NCBI GenBank assembly: GCA_947577075.1
Contig: CANPTW010000005.1
Location: 2,890-66,889, forward strand
Length of the DNA: 64,000 bases
Direction: 5' to 3'
From: an uncultured Oscillibacter sp.
Lineage (GTDB): Bacteria; Bacillota; Clostridia; Oscillospirales; Oscillospiraceae
Shown here: positions 17,310 to 27,294 of the stretch, one piece after another
How positions within the stretch are numbered: the first letter of the stretch is position 1
Layout of the letters: each line of letters begins with the position of its first letter
Made by a program: the position numbers and the translations under genes
Notes under the pieces: generated by a model
Databases searched by the model: none
What the model was told of the DNA's origin: nothing
The model's input: only the letters and a program-made list of their open reading frames with translations

Positions 17310-18089
17310 TCAGCCGAGGCTTAACGTCAAATTATAGACGCTCAGTCCTGCAATCGCCGCGACTAACCCCATAAACAGACGCCGCACCGCCGCTGCGGGC
17401 AGACTGCTGCTGAGACTGCGCCCGGCAGCCCCGCCTGCCACGCCGCCGGCGGCCATAGCTGCCAGGAGCGCAGTGTCAAAGGCGGGGATGCGCCCCGTCA
17501 TTGCCATGGCGATCAGGCTGGCCGACTGTGAAAAGAAGATCACATACAGGGAGTTCAACGCCGCCGTCTTGGTGTCCATAGAAAAGAAGTACATCAAAAC
17601 CGTCAGGTTGAAGGGGCCGCCGCCAATGCCCAGAAAGGCGGATACGCAGCCCAAACCCATGCCGATCACAAGGCAGGGCAGGCTTCCCTGCACGTTTCTG
17701 CTTCGCATATGTTCACAGAAGAGCATATGGAATAGGACCCCAAGGGTCAGCAGAATCATCGCCCCCTGCTGGGCTGCGGACACCCTGCCGCCCCCGGCGG
17801 CTTTTACCAGGGCGAACAGTTGCTGGCCGCCTGTGCCGCCTGCCGCGGCGCCTATGGCCAGCAGGGTTCCGCGCCGTTTTTCGATTCGAACGGTTCCCCG
17901 GCGGCTGATCAGCAGGGAGGCCGCCGTCATCGAAATCACGGTGCAGCCGGAAAGAAAGCTGATGGTGTCGACCGGAAGCCGCGATAGGGCGTCCAGAACG
18001 GGTTTGATGATTACGCCGCCGCCTACGCCGCTGATGCCGCCGATGGTTGTTGCGGTAAGGCAGATCAAAAAGGCCCAAAAAACATTCAT
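17310..18089 (-). CDS. TauE/SafE-family (TSUP) membrane transporter
   Basis: GVGGGVIIKP and LGIGGGP repeats, multiple TM segments. Confidence 0.85.
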   Translation of the reverse strand: MNVFWAFLICLTATTIGGISGVGGGVIIKPVLDALSRLPVDTISFLSGCTVISMTAASLLISRRGTVRIEKRRGTLLAIGAAAGGTGGQQLFALVKAAGGGRVSAAQQGAMILLTLGVLFHMLFCEHMRSRNVQGSLPCLVIGMGLGCVSAFLGIGGGPFNLTVLMYFFSMDTKTAALNSLYVIFFSQSASLIAMAMTGRIPAFDTALLAAMAAGGVAGGAAGRSLSSSLPAAAVRRLFMGLVAAIAGLSVYNLTLSLG

Positions 18090-18477
18090 CCCAATCCTCC
18101 CGTGCCGTTACGGCGTTTCCCGACTGCTTCATCGCGCAGACGGTCTTCTGCTTGGGGGAAGGCCGCTTTACCTGCCCCGCTCCAACCGGCAGAACCGCAG
18201 CCGGAAAAACAGATCTGACGCAGAAAGCTCCTTCCGCGTCGGATCTGTTTTTTATGGCCCGGGCCGTTCCGGCGGAGCCGGCTGTCCGAATGGAGCCCTG
18301 AACGGAACCGATCCGCTTCCGGCAGGGGAGCGGGTCCGCCTGGAAAGGCTCTGCAGGCTGCTCCGCCGCTTCCGCCGCGGAAAACGGGGGACAGGGAGCG
18401 TTTTGCGCGGCCCGCCCGGCAGCGCATCCTGCAGACAGGGTGCCTTTTTATACAGGCCGCGGGCGGCGGCGGTAAGC

Positions 18478-19518
18478 TCATGGCTGCCCGCGGGGAGGGG
18501 AAGACAGCTTTTTGCAGCTTCCCCGGACCTCTAAATGGAAGGGGAGCACCACCCGCAGGGGAATTTTATGCCCGCCGTTGATCCGATCGATCAAGATCTT
18601 TGCCGCGATGTTCCCCATTTCCTCAATGGGGATGTGGATCGTGGTCAAGGGAGGGACAAGATACTTGGATATTTCGATATCGTCTATGCCGATTACAGAG
18701 ATATCGTTGGGGACGGACAGCCCCGCCTCCTGGAATGCCCGCATGGCGCCCACGGCGGAAATGTCGTTGGCGCAGAAGACGGCCGTGATATTCGGAGCGG
18801 ATTCCAGCAGCTTTTTCGCGCCGATGTAGCCGCCCTCATAGGTGAGGATTACATCCGCTACATAGCGGCTTTCCGTTGGAAGCTTGTTTTTGATCATGGC
18901 GGTGCGATACCCCACATAGCGGACCTCGTTGAAGGTCTCGCCGATATATCCGATCCTGGTATGCCCCAGGCTGATCAAATAGTTGACAGCCTCCTTGCTG
19001 GCCTCGGAGCCGTCACAGAGGATGGAGTCGAATTCCTTTTTGTAGGAGTTCAGGCCGACAAAGCACAGGTTTTTGAAGCGCTTTTTCAGAAGAATCAGCG
19101 CGGCGTTGTCACAGCGCCCCAGAATCATAACGCCTTTGGCGGAGCTTTCGGCAAGCAGCTTCTGATTGTAGCTGTGCTGGAGACTGGAGGCGGTGAAGGA
19201 GTATTTCAGCACATGATTCAATTTCAGGACCTCGGTTTCAATGCTGCGGGCCAGGTCGGAAAAAAACTGGTCTTTGTCGGAGAAGGGCATGCGGGCGAAA
19301 AAGCACTCGATGCTGCCAAACGTTTTTTCCGCCTTGCTCTCCTGGCTGCTGCGCAGTTTTTGGGCGGTGTCGTTTGGCACATAGTTCGTGCGGCGGACAA
19401 TTTCCCAGATGCGGTCCTGAATTTCCTGGCTGGCGGCGCTCTTTCCCTTATTGTTGATGACTCTGGATACCGTGGAAATAGAGACGCCGGCCTCCTTCGC
19501 GATTTCTTTTTGGGTCAT
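18478..19518 (-). CDS. LacI-family transcriptional regulator
   Basis: TQKEIAKEAGVSISTVSRVIN, VFCANDISA, ISVIGIDD and PPLTTI. Confidence 0.95.
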   Translation of the reverse strand: MTQKEIAKEAGVSISTVSRVINNKGKSAASQEIQDRIWEIVRRTNYVPNDTAQKLRSSQESKAEKTFGSIECFFARMPFSDKDQFFSDLARSIETEVLKLNHVLKYSFTASSLQHSYNQKLLAESSAKGVMILGRCDNAALILLKKRFKNLCFVGLNSYKKEFDSILCDGSEASKEAVNYLISLGHTRIGYIGETFNEVRYVGYRTAMIKNKLPTESRYVADVILTYEGGYIGAKKLLESAPNITAVFCANDISAVGAMRAFQEAGLSVPNDISVIGIDDIEISKYLVPPLTTIHIPIEEMGNIAAKILIDRINGGHKIPLRVVLPFHLEVRGSCKKLSSPPRGQP

Positions 19519-19548
19519 ATGGGCATACCTTTCCTGTCCGGCGGATGG

Positions 19549-19620
19549 GGGCCTGTTTACATAGGGCGAACATGGGGTTCCCGGAAGCGTATTTCCGGGC
19601 GCAGGCGGGCGTTTGCGGAC
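19549..19620. repeat. Degenerate half copy of the 37157-type MITE
   Basis: GGGCCTGTTTACATA… aligns loosely with GGGCCTGTTCCCATA… of the restored outer element. Confidence 0.35.
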
Positions 19621-19686
19621 ACGCCGGCGCCTATTGGTACAGCTTTTTAGGGGAGCGCGGCGCCCCGGAGGGGCGTGGGCCTGGGT

Positions 19687-21144
19687 TTACGCGGGGGGGC
19701 CCTGGTCCTTCATGCACAGATGCACGGCGGCAGTGGTGAAGGCTTGCGGCAGGGCCAGAATATTGGGAGCGGGGCCGACGTATTTTTTCATGGCGTCCGC
19801 CAGAGCTTCTTCGATGGTGGCGCGGGTCTTGAGGCCCATGCTGCGGGCGATGCCCGGCTCCCGGGCGCCGACGATGTAGATGGCGCTGGTGTGCTCCTCC
19901 GCCAGATGGCCGCAGCTCATCATGGAGAAGCCGTGGAAGGGGTGGAAGGCGTTGGCAAAGCGGTACTTGCGGATATATTCGGCATTGGTGGCGAAGTATT
20001 CGCCGTACCGGTTCATGTCCGGGAGGATGTTCATATAATCGTGCTGGAACAGATTGTAAAGCTCCCGCAGATAGGGCCAGCGCTCGTCGTGGAAGTAACC
20101 GTCGCAGATACTGGAGACGATGAACACACATCGGTCGGACAGGACCCGCTTGTGGCGGATGACTTGGGCGGAGAGCGCCTGCATCATTTGGATGGGATTG
20201 GTGCCCATGCCGTCGCCGTAGTGAAAATTGGTCGGCATGCCGAATATGACGACGTCGTACCGCTTCTCGGCCCAGCGGACATAGGTGCGCTTGTCCGCGG
20301 TTTTCCAGCTGACGGGCTGCATTTCCCGGGCCCAGCCGGAGTTGATCTCAATTTGGCGGGATTTCGTATCCAGCACGGCGTCGCAGCAGAAAAATTTCCT
20401 GCCCATCTTTTCCTCCATCAGCATGCCCTGGCGGTCAAATTTGCCGCGCATGGCGCTGCCCGTGGATACGGGGACAAAGTCGGCGCGGTGCATGATCTGG
20501 GGAACGTGGTGGGCGGCGATGCTTCTCCAGTGGGTGATTCCCGTGGCACAGTGCTTATAGCCGCCGGAATAGCCGCCGTAGGGGTTCCCCTGGGTGTGGC
20601 CGATGAGGATTGTGATGTCCGCGTCGAAGGCGTATTTGTTCATGATAACATGATCGCCCTGCGAGGTGCGGCCAAGGTCCACCAGGTGGTCGTAATCCTC
20701 GCTGTCGTGGCTGGTGATTTGACCGGAAGGATAAAATTCGTTGAACAGCTCGGGTCCCAGAATGGCCCTCATTTCCGGAACGGTAGCCCGGGGGTGCAGG
20801 CCGTTGGAGAAGAGCAGGAGGATATCCTCTTTTTTCACGCCCCCGGCATACAGCTCATCCAAACAGGCGCGGACGGCGACTTTGCGGTGGCTGGTGGGCT
20901 GACAGCCGCCCTTGACGATATCCGGGATAACAAAGACAACCCTCCTGCCGGGGGCGGCCATGGATTTCAGCGGCTCCATGCCGATGGGGCTGCGGATGGA
21001 TTCAAGAGTCGCGTTGTAAAGACTGTCCCAGTCCTGCGGAAGGCAGGGGGGGTCCGGGACCGTGACGCCGGGGATGAACACGTCCGTGCTGTCAGGCAGC
21101 CCGGCGCTCATCATGCCGTTTCCATACTCGAAATTAAGATTCAT
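19687..21144 (-). CDS. LarA-family nickel-pincer racemase/epimerase
   Basis: VIPDIVKG, NGLH, HDS and YSGGYKH motifs. Confidence 0.85.
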   Translation of the reverse strand: MNLNFEYGNGMMSAGLPDSTDVFIPGVTVPDPPCLPQDWDSLYNATLESIRSPIGMEPLKSMAAPGRRVVFVIPDIVKGGCQPTSHRKVAVRACLDELYAGGVKKEDILLLFSNGLHPRATVPEMRAILGPELFNEFYPSGQITSHDSEDYDHLVDLGRTSQGDHVIMNKYAFDADITILIGHTQGNPYGGYSGGYKHCATGITHWRSIAAHHVPQIMHRADFVPVSTGSAMRGKFDRQGMLMEEKMGRKFFCCDAVLDTKSRQIEINSGWAREMQPVSWKTADKRTYVRWAEKRYDVVIFGMPTNFHYGDGMGTNPIQMMQALSAQVIRHKRVLSDRCVFIVSSICDGYFHDERWPYLRELYNLFQHDYMNILPDMNRYGEYFATNAEYIRKYRFANAFHPFHGFSMMSCGHLAEEHTSAIYIVGAREPGIARSMGLKTRATIEEALADAMKKYVGPAPNILALPQAFTTAAVHLCMKDQGPPA

Positions 21145-21241
21145 AATAGCACCCTTTCTGTAGCGCGAATGCGGTAACGCAGGCGGGATCGATTGGTTTT
21201 ATTATGAAGGAATGCGGCGCAATGTTGCAATGCAAATTAAC

Positions 21242-21410
21242 CCAAACGTTTGCATAGGCGGCCGGGGATGGAAACATTCAAAAGAAAATACGGTTGAAAA
21301 GGACAGGACGCACGATATATCCGCGGATATATCGTGCGTTTTTGTACAAATAGTCAATTATTTTTGAGGGGCCGCCTCCGGGCGTATCCGGCACACCAAA
21401 CGTTTGCATA
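21242..21410. promoter_or_regulatory. Two identical LacI-type operators
   Basis: CCAAACGTTTGCATA at 21242-21256 and 21396-21410, each containing the palindrome CAAACGTTTG, in the divergent intergenic region. Confidence 0.7.
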
Positions 21411-21559
21411 AAAAGTATGAAAAAAGATGTGGACATCCCCTTATAATAACAGCAGGCAGGAAAACGCTGATAATGTATAGGCAAACCCCGTAAGCATGTG
21501 AAATGGCGGCCTTATCTTGATCCTGAATGCATGTGCGGAACTGAAAAGGAGGACGGAAA

Positions 21560-22483
21560 ATGAAATCGTGCAAAAAGTACCATGGCGTTATTCCCCCCAT
21601 CATTACTCCGGTGGACGAGAAAGAGCGCGTAGATGAGGGGGGATTCCGGGCCCTGCTGGATCACTGCATCGCCGGAGGCGTGCACGGTATGTTTGTGGCG
21701 GGGTCCAACGGCGAGACCATGGCCCTGACGCAGGCCGAGCGTGACCGCGCTATCCGCATTGCCGTGGACCAATGCAAAGGCCGTATCCCCGTGATGTGCG
21801 GCGTGATGGACACCGGCACCCGCCGCGTCATCGACAATATCAAGCGGGTAGAGGACGCCGGCGGCGATTGCGCCGTCATTACCTCCATTTTTTACGCAAG
21901 GCATAATTCCCAGGCCGAAACCATCCGGCATTTCGAGCAGATCGCCCGGGAGACTGCCATCGACCTGGCTCTCTATAACATTCCCCCCTTCACCGGACTG
22001 AAGGTCTCCCCCGAGACTGTGCTGGAGATTTGCGCAATGGACCGCGTGAAGGCATATAAAGATACGTCCGGCGCCTTCGGCGAGTTTTTGGGCATCCTGA
22101 GGAACTTGGAGAAGACGGAGGTTTCCGTGCTCCAGGGTCTGAATCCGTATTTTGTCACCAGCGTGCTGCTGGGGGCCGACGGGACGGTGCCCGCCGCGTC
22201 TCCGCTCTTTCCCGAAATCTATGTGGAGGCCTATGAGGCCGGGGTGCAGGGCGACGTGGCGCTCTGCAAGAAGTACGACGTGCTTACGGAGGCCATTGGA
22301 AAAATGCTGGCCATGTCCAAAAACCTGACGGCCGTCAACAAGTTTGCCATCTCCACCCTGGGGTATACCGATAAGCGCGTGATTGCGCCGCAGGACGCGA
22401 TCTCGCCCGAAGAGGAGCAGAATGTGTTGCGCCAGATTGAGAAGATCCGCCGGATGCATGCGGAGCTGAAAGCGTCCTTATAA
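21560..22483 (+). CDS. DapA/NanA-family class I aldolase or dehydratase
   Basis: PIITP, GSNGE, LYNIP and Schiff-base AYKDTSG. Confidence 0.9.
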   Translation: MKSCKKYHGVIPPIITPVDEKERVDEGGFRALLDHCIAGGVHGMFVAGSNGETMALTQAERDRAIRIAVDQCKGRIPVMCGVMDTGTRRVIDNIKRVEDAGGDCAVITSIFYARHNSQAETIRHFEQIARETAIDLALYNIPPFTGLKVSPETVLEICAMDRVKAYKDTSGAFGEFLGILRNLEKTEVSVLQGLNPYFVTSVLLGADGTVPAASPLFPEIYVEAYEAGVQGDVALCKKYDVLTEAIGKMLAMSKNLTAVNKFAISTLGYTDKRVIAPQDAISPEEEQNVLRQIEKIRRMHAELKASL

Positions 22484-22496
22484 GGAGGGCCTGTTG

Positions 22497-23351
22497 ATGA
22501 TGCTGACAAAAGACGAGGCAAGAAATTTGAAGCGCTTCGCGGCCGACATCCGCATCCAGTGTATGGAGCAGTTTAAGGCCGTCGGCGTCGGCCATGTTGG
22601 CGGGAGCATGTCGGTCTGTGACTTGATGGCGTGCCTCTATGGAAAGCTGATGCGGATCGACCCCGCCGAGCCGAGGATGGAGCGGCGGGACCGGATCGTG
22701 GTGTCCAAGGGGCACGCGGGCCCGGCGATGTACGCGGCGCTGGCGCTGAAGGGGTTTTTCGAGGTGGAAGAGCTCAAGACGCTGAATCGCCTGGGGACCC
22801 GCCTTCCCAGCCATACGGACCGCAGACGCACGCCCGGCGTGGATATGACCACAGGTTCTTTGGGCCAGGGCTTCTCCAGCGGCTTGGGCATTGCCTATGC
22901 CTGCAAGCTGAAAGGCATCGATAACTATACCTATATCATTTTGGGTGACGGCGAGCTGGGAGAGGGGCAGGTCTGGGAGTGCGCGCTGTTTGCCGCCGCC
23001 AAGGGCCTGAGCCGTGTGATGGTCTTTGTGGACGCCAACGGCTATCAGTTGGACGGCGCCACGGACGAGGTGCTGCCCCTGGGCGACGTGCGCAGAAAAT
23101 TCGAAGAGTTTGGCTGGGAAGCGCTGGATGTGAAAGACGGCAACGACGTAGAGGCGATTTGCGGGGCCGTGGAAATGGCGAAGCAGGATACGGCCAGACC
23201 GAAGCTGCTGGTGCTGCATACCGTGAAGGGCCTTGGCTGTCCCGCCGCTTTTGCGGCCGGCCTCCCCACCAATCACAATATGCCGGTGTCCGCCGAAGCG
23301 GCAGACCGGGCGATTGCGCTGCTGCTTCAGGAGAAGGAGGCCATACTATGA
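22497..23351 (+). CDS. Transketolase N-terminal subunit
   Basis: GHVGGSMS, SKGHAG, GSLGQG and the TPP motif GDGELGEG. Confidence 0.93.
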   Translation: MMLTKDEARNLKRFAADIRIQCMEQFKAVGVGHVGGSMSVCDLMACLYGKLMRIDPAEPRMERRDRIVVSKGHAGPAMYAALALKGFFEVEELKTLNRLGTRLPSHTDRRRTPGVDMTTGSLGQGFSSGLGIAYACKLKGIDNYTYIILGDGELGEGQVWECALFAAAKGLSRVMVFVDANGYQLDGATDEVLPLGDVRRKFEEFGWEALDVKDGNDVEAICGAVEMAKQDTARPKLLVLHTVKGLGCPAAFAAGLPTNHNMPVSAEAADRAIALLLQEKEAIL

Positions 23352-24319
23352 ATATGAAGCTCTTGGATGAGATCCGGCCGGACAGCAAGGAGATGCGGGC
23401 CTATTACAGCGAGGAAATCGTGCGGCTGATAGACGCCGGCAAGCCGGTCATGGCCCTGGACGCCGATTTGATGCGGGCGGTCGGCCTGCTGCCGTACCGG
23501 AAGGACCGGGCGGACAGAATCATAGACTGCGGCATTGCCGAGGCGAACATGATGGGGGTCGCCGCCGGACTTTCCGCAGAGGGATTTGTCCCGTTTGCCC
23601 ATTCGTTCGCGGCGTTTGCCAGCCGGCGGGCCTTCGACCAGGTTTACATGAGCGGCGGCTATGCGGGGCTGAATGTGAAGGTGGTCGGCAGTGATCCGGG
23701 CGTGGGCTCCGCGCTTAACGGGGGAACCCACCAGGCCAACGAGGATATTGCGCTGATGCGCGTTATCCCCAATATGACGGTGGTGGAGCCCAGCGACCCG
23801 GCGATGCTGGTCAATGTCATCCCGCAGATCGCGGACACCTATGGGATGTTCTACCTGCGCCTGTTCCGGCTGCGGGCCAAAAAAATCTACGCTCCCGGAA
23901 GCGCCTTTACCATCGGCAGGGCCGTCACGCTGCGGGAGGGCGCCGACGCCGCCATCATTGCCTGCGGCCTGGAGGTGGCGGAGGCCGTCCGGGCTGCCGA
24001 GATACTGGCGGAAAGGAATATCCGCGTCCGCGTTTTGGACATGTTTACGATAAAGCCCATCGACCGGGAGGCCGTTCTGGCGGCGGCGAGAGACACCGGG
24101 GCCATCGTAACGGCGGAGAACCACAATGTAATCGGCGGCTTGGGCGACGCCGTGGCGGAGGTGGTGTGCGGGGAGTGCCCTGTCCCCATGGGAAGGATCG
24201 GCATTCAGGACGTCTTCGGCGAGGTTGGGCCCACCCCTGCGCTGATGCGGCGCTTTGGGCTGACGGCAGAGGACATCGCCGAAACGGTGGAGCGGACGAT
24301 GGCGAAAAAGAAGGAGTGA
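23348..24319 (+). CDS. Transketolase C-terminal subunit
   Basis: GIAEANM, GGTHQ, TIKPID and ENHNVIGGLG. Confidence 0.93.
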   Translation: MNMKLLDEIRPDSKEMRAYYSEEIVRLIDAGKPVMALDADLMRAVGLLPYRKDRADRIIDCGIAEANMMGVAAGLSAEGFVPFAHSFAAFASRRAFDQVYMSGGYAGLNVKVVGSDPGVGSALNGGTHQANEDIALMRVIPNMTVVEPSDPAMLVNVIPQIADTYGMFYLRLFRLRAKKIYAPGSAFTIGRAVTLREGADAAIIACGLEVAEAVRAAEILAERNIRVRVLDMFTIKPIDREAVLAAARDTGAIVTAENHNVIGGLGDAVAEVVCGECPVPMGRIGIQDVFGEVGPTPALMRRFGLTAEDIAETVERTMAKKKE

Positions 24320-24324
24320 GAGGG

Positions 24325-25638
24325 ATGGAACTGAAGTGTACATTGGCGTCTGCCCTGTCCGGCGGGACGCCGGTCGTCCAGGAGGACATGCCCTATGCGG
24401 AGCGTGTGTTGCGCCACGCGATCCCGCCGGCCCTCTGTGAGCAGATTCAGCGAATGAATCCCGCCGCGTTCGGAGTGACGGCAAACTTCAAAAAGGTTAT
24501 CGACGATTTTAAGACGGCTCCCGGCGAAACGCCCGCGGGTTACCGCGTGGAGTATTGCTTCGACGCGGACCGCACGGTGCGGGCGGATTTGAAGCGGGAT
24601 ATTTCCTACGATAAAAACGGAATCAAACGGCCGACCCGGGTGCTGTTTTCCGCGGACTCCGCCAACCCCTATGAGGTGGAGCATGTAAAAGACCTGATCA
24701 GCAACCTGACCTGCAATCCCGCCATTATTTACAATATGTTCCTCCATGATCCGAAAGCCAATGTGGGCGGAAGATTCAAGGACCGGGACGAGGTCATGCG
24801 GGCGATTGCGGACATCCTGGGCCCGGGATGCGATATCAGCGTGGAGCTGAACGATCCCTTTGCATCCAGTGAGAGCCAGATCCTGGAGGAGGCCGCCCGC
24901 TTTAAGGAAATACTGTCCGAACACCGCGTGATTATCAAGGTTCCCCACACCGGCGCCGTCAACGCGCAGAACGTAAAGGAGCTGATGACCGGGGATAAGC
25001 GCTTCCGGCGCCGCTACAATCAGGGCTCGGTGGAGGATTATTACCGGGGGCACAACATGGCCCTGATGCTTCATGAGCATGGTTACCGTGTGAACTTCAC
25101 CCTGATGTTTGAACCCTACCAGACGCATCTGGCGCTCCAGGCCCGCCCCGCGTTTATCAACAGCTTCGTGATGTTCCGCCAGACGCAGAGCCGCCGGATG
25201 GCAAACCTCCTCAAAGCCTATGAGGTCACCGGCGATAAGCTGTTTTTGGAACAGCTCCGGGACTACATGGTGCAGCAGGATTACCTCAGCGCGGCGGAGA
25301 GCGGCTGCGATCTGCAGCTTGCCTACTCCCGGGCAAAGGACACCCTGCGCTACCGCGGCTATGACAAGGACGGCGCGGACGGCCTGGACGGCATCCGCCA
25401 TAACCTCCGCCTGCTGCGCAGCGCCAATCTGCCCGATACAAGGCTCATTATCTGCAACTTCCAGGATGAGTATGTCTGGCCCTATGTGGACCGTATGCTG
25501 ATGGAGCCCGAGTTTGAGGATATGACGGACCGCATCGTAGTGACGGCGCCTCCGGCCCTGCTGGGAGAGTACACCACAAACGCGCTGGTTACCCAGTTCC
25601 ACAGGAGATTTATGAATGCCGCAAACGGCGCAAAGTGA
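24325..25638 (+). CDS. Transaldolase-family protein with N-terminal extension
   Basis: FSADSAN, LTCNPAI, IIKVP (Schiff-base Lys) and VNFTLMF. Confidence 0.8.
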   Translation: MELKCTLASALSGGTPVVQEDMPYAERVLRHAIPPALCEQIQRMNPAAFGVTANFKKVIDDFKTAPGETPAGYRVEYCFDADRTVRADLKRDISYDKNGIKRPTRVLFSADSANPYEVEHVKDLISNLTCNPAIIYNMFLHDPKANVGGRFKDRDEVMRAIADILGPGCDISVELNDPFASSESQILEEAARFKEILSEHRVIIKVPHTGAVNAQNVKELMTGDKRFRRRYNQGSVEDYYRGHNMALMLHEHGYRVNFTLMFEPYQTHLALQARPAFINSFVMFRQTQSRRMANLLKAYEVTGDKLFLEQLRDYMVQQDYLSAAESGCDLQLAYSRAKDTLRYRGYDKDGADGLDGIRHNLRLLRSANLPDTRLIICNFQDEYVWPYVDRMLMEPEFEDMTDRIVVTAPPALLGEYTTNALVTQFHRRFMNAANGAK

Positions 25639-25680
25639 AGCTTTGCCCGTTGCAATATAAAATTTTGAGGAGGAGAACAA

Positions 25681-26697
25681 ATGAAAACGCGTATTCTTGC
25701 ACTGGCGCTTGCCGTCGTAATGGCCTTGCCTCTGGCAGGATGCGGCGCCCAAAAGGACCCTGTTCCAAGCCAGAGCGCTCCCGAGCAGACGCAGCCCTCC
25801 GCGCCTCCGGCGGAAACGACGGATTATCCCAATGCGGCGATTACCCTGACGGTTCCCTTTGCGGCCGGCGGCTCCAGCGACCTGGTGGCGCGCCTTTTCG
25901 CCGAAACCGCCAAGAACTATTGCGACCAGCCCTTTGTGATCGTCGATCAGGGGGGCGGCGGCGGCGTACCCGCCACCACGGAGTTCCTCACCAAGCCCGC
26001 CGACGGCTACAACATCCTCTATGCCGCCTCCGCGCCCACCTGTACGCAGGCGATCCTCTCCGACATCCCCTATGACGTGACGACGGACCTGGACTATCTG
26101 TGCCAGGTAAACATGGACCCCCTTTGCGTGGTCGTCCGCGCGGACTGCCCCGCCGGCAATATGGACGAGTTTGTCGAGTGGGTCAAGGGCAACGACTTGA
26201 CTTGGGGCGCTTCCAATGGCGGCGTGCATTACTTCGCGGCGCTGACCATGCTGATGGACCTGGAAATTGAATCCAATTATGTCCCGACGGAGGGCGGCTC
26301 CGACTCTGTCGCCAAGCTGCTGGGAAGCCATGTCGACTATGTTTTTATCCATCCCACGGAGGTGCTTTCTTCTTTCAAGTCCGGCGAAACGAAAGTGATC
26401 GGCACGATGACCGAAGAGCGCGAGGCAACGCTTCCCGATGTTCCCACGCTCAAGGAGCAGGGCTATGACTACGTCTATGCCGTGCTGAAGGGATTCGTCG
26501 TCGCCCCGGGCATGGACCCCGCCGTCCGGGAAAAGCTGGTTGAAATCTGCAGATCCGTCCTGGAGGATGAAACGTTCATCAGCAAGTGCGCCGACATGGG
26601 AACCACCATCGGCTATAAGACCGGCGAGGAGTACAAGACCAAAAACCTGGCCGATTTTGAAGTCTTTAAGGCTACTCTGGAAGCCGCCAACAGCTGA
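25681..26697 (+). CDS. tctC: Tripartite tricarboxylate transporter substrate-binding lipoprotein
   Basis: Lipobox LAGC, YPNAAITLTVPFAAGGSSDLVAR and PDVPTLKEQG. Confidence 0.9.
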   Translation: MKTRILALALAVVMALPLAGCGAQKDPVPSQSAPEQTQPSAPPAETTDYPNAAITLTVPFAAGGSSDLVARLFAETAKNYCDQPFVIVDQGGGGGVPATTEFLTKPADGYNILYAASAPTCTQAILSDIPYDVTTDLDYLCQVNMDPLCVVVRADCPAGNMDEFVEWVKGNDLTWGASNGGVHYFAALTMLMDLEIESNYVPTEGGSDSVAKLLGSHVDYVFIHPTEVLSSFKSGETKVIGTMTEEREATLPDVPTLKEQGYDYVYAVLKGFVVAPGMDPAVREKLVEICRSVLEDETFISKCADMGTTIGYKTGEEYKTKNLADFEVFKATLEAANS

Positions 26698-26721
26698 TTT
26701 GCCTGCGAGTTTTGTTTGAAA

Positions 26722-26757
26722 GCAAGCGGGGGCGGGACGCTTTCCGCCCCCGCTTAT
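26722..26757 (+). terminator. Hairpin after tctC (attenuator or stabiliser)
   Basis: AAGCGGGGGCGG/CCGCCCCCGCTT stem. Confidence 0.5.
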
Positions 26758-26781
26758 TCCTTGAACGCAAAGGAGGAAAAC

Positions 26782-27276
26782 GTGAAAAAGCAATGGAACG
26801 GCAATCAGAAAAACATGGCGTGCGGCGCGGCGACATGTTTGACGGCGGCAATGCTGTTTTACTACTCCCGCACCCGGATTAAGGTGAACCGCTTTATCAC
26901 CGGCTTTGGGACGGATGCGCGCACGGTTCCCGCCGCGGTGTACGCCTTTATGTTTTTCCTGGGGATCTGCCTGATTCTGACGGCGGCCGGCCGGGAGCGG
27001 CGGGGGTTTGAAAATACAAAGGAATACAAGTGGATTCCGAAAGAAAATCTGAAGTCCATGGGAATTGTGATCTTCAGCATCGTGGTCTATGCGCTGCTGG
27101 TGCGGGAGGTCGGCTTCTTCGTGATGAGCGCCATCCTTATGATGTTCCTGTTCTGCTATACCAAGGTAAACGTCAGGATGGCGGCGGCTATTACGGTTTT
27201 TGTCGAGATAGCCCTGTATCTTATCTTTGTCGTTGTGCTGAAGGTTCCCATCACGATGGATGTGCTGCTGATTTAA
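26782..27276 (+). CDS. tctB: TTT small permease
   Basis: Four TM segments between tctC and tctA; FVVVLKVP C-terminus. Confidence 0.8.
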   Translation: MKKQWNGNQKNMACGAATCLTAAMLFYYSRTRIKVNRFITGFGTDARTVPAAVYAFMFFLGICLILTAAGRERRGFENTKEYKWIPKENLKSMGIVIFSIVVYALLVREVGFFVMSAILMMFLFCYTKVNVRMAAAITVFVEIALYLIFVVVLKVPITMDVLLI

Positions 27277-27294
27277 GGAAAGGAGCGTGTGTGA

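Noticed and set aside
24205-26793. 862-aa antisense ORF, and similar ones at 10377-12515, 57228-59537 and 59513-62311
   Set aside because: These are shadow frames of well-supported genes in GC-rich DNA, with no motifs or RBS.
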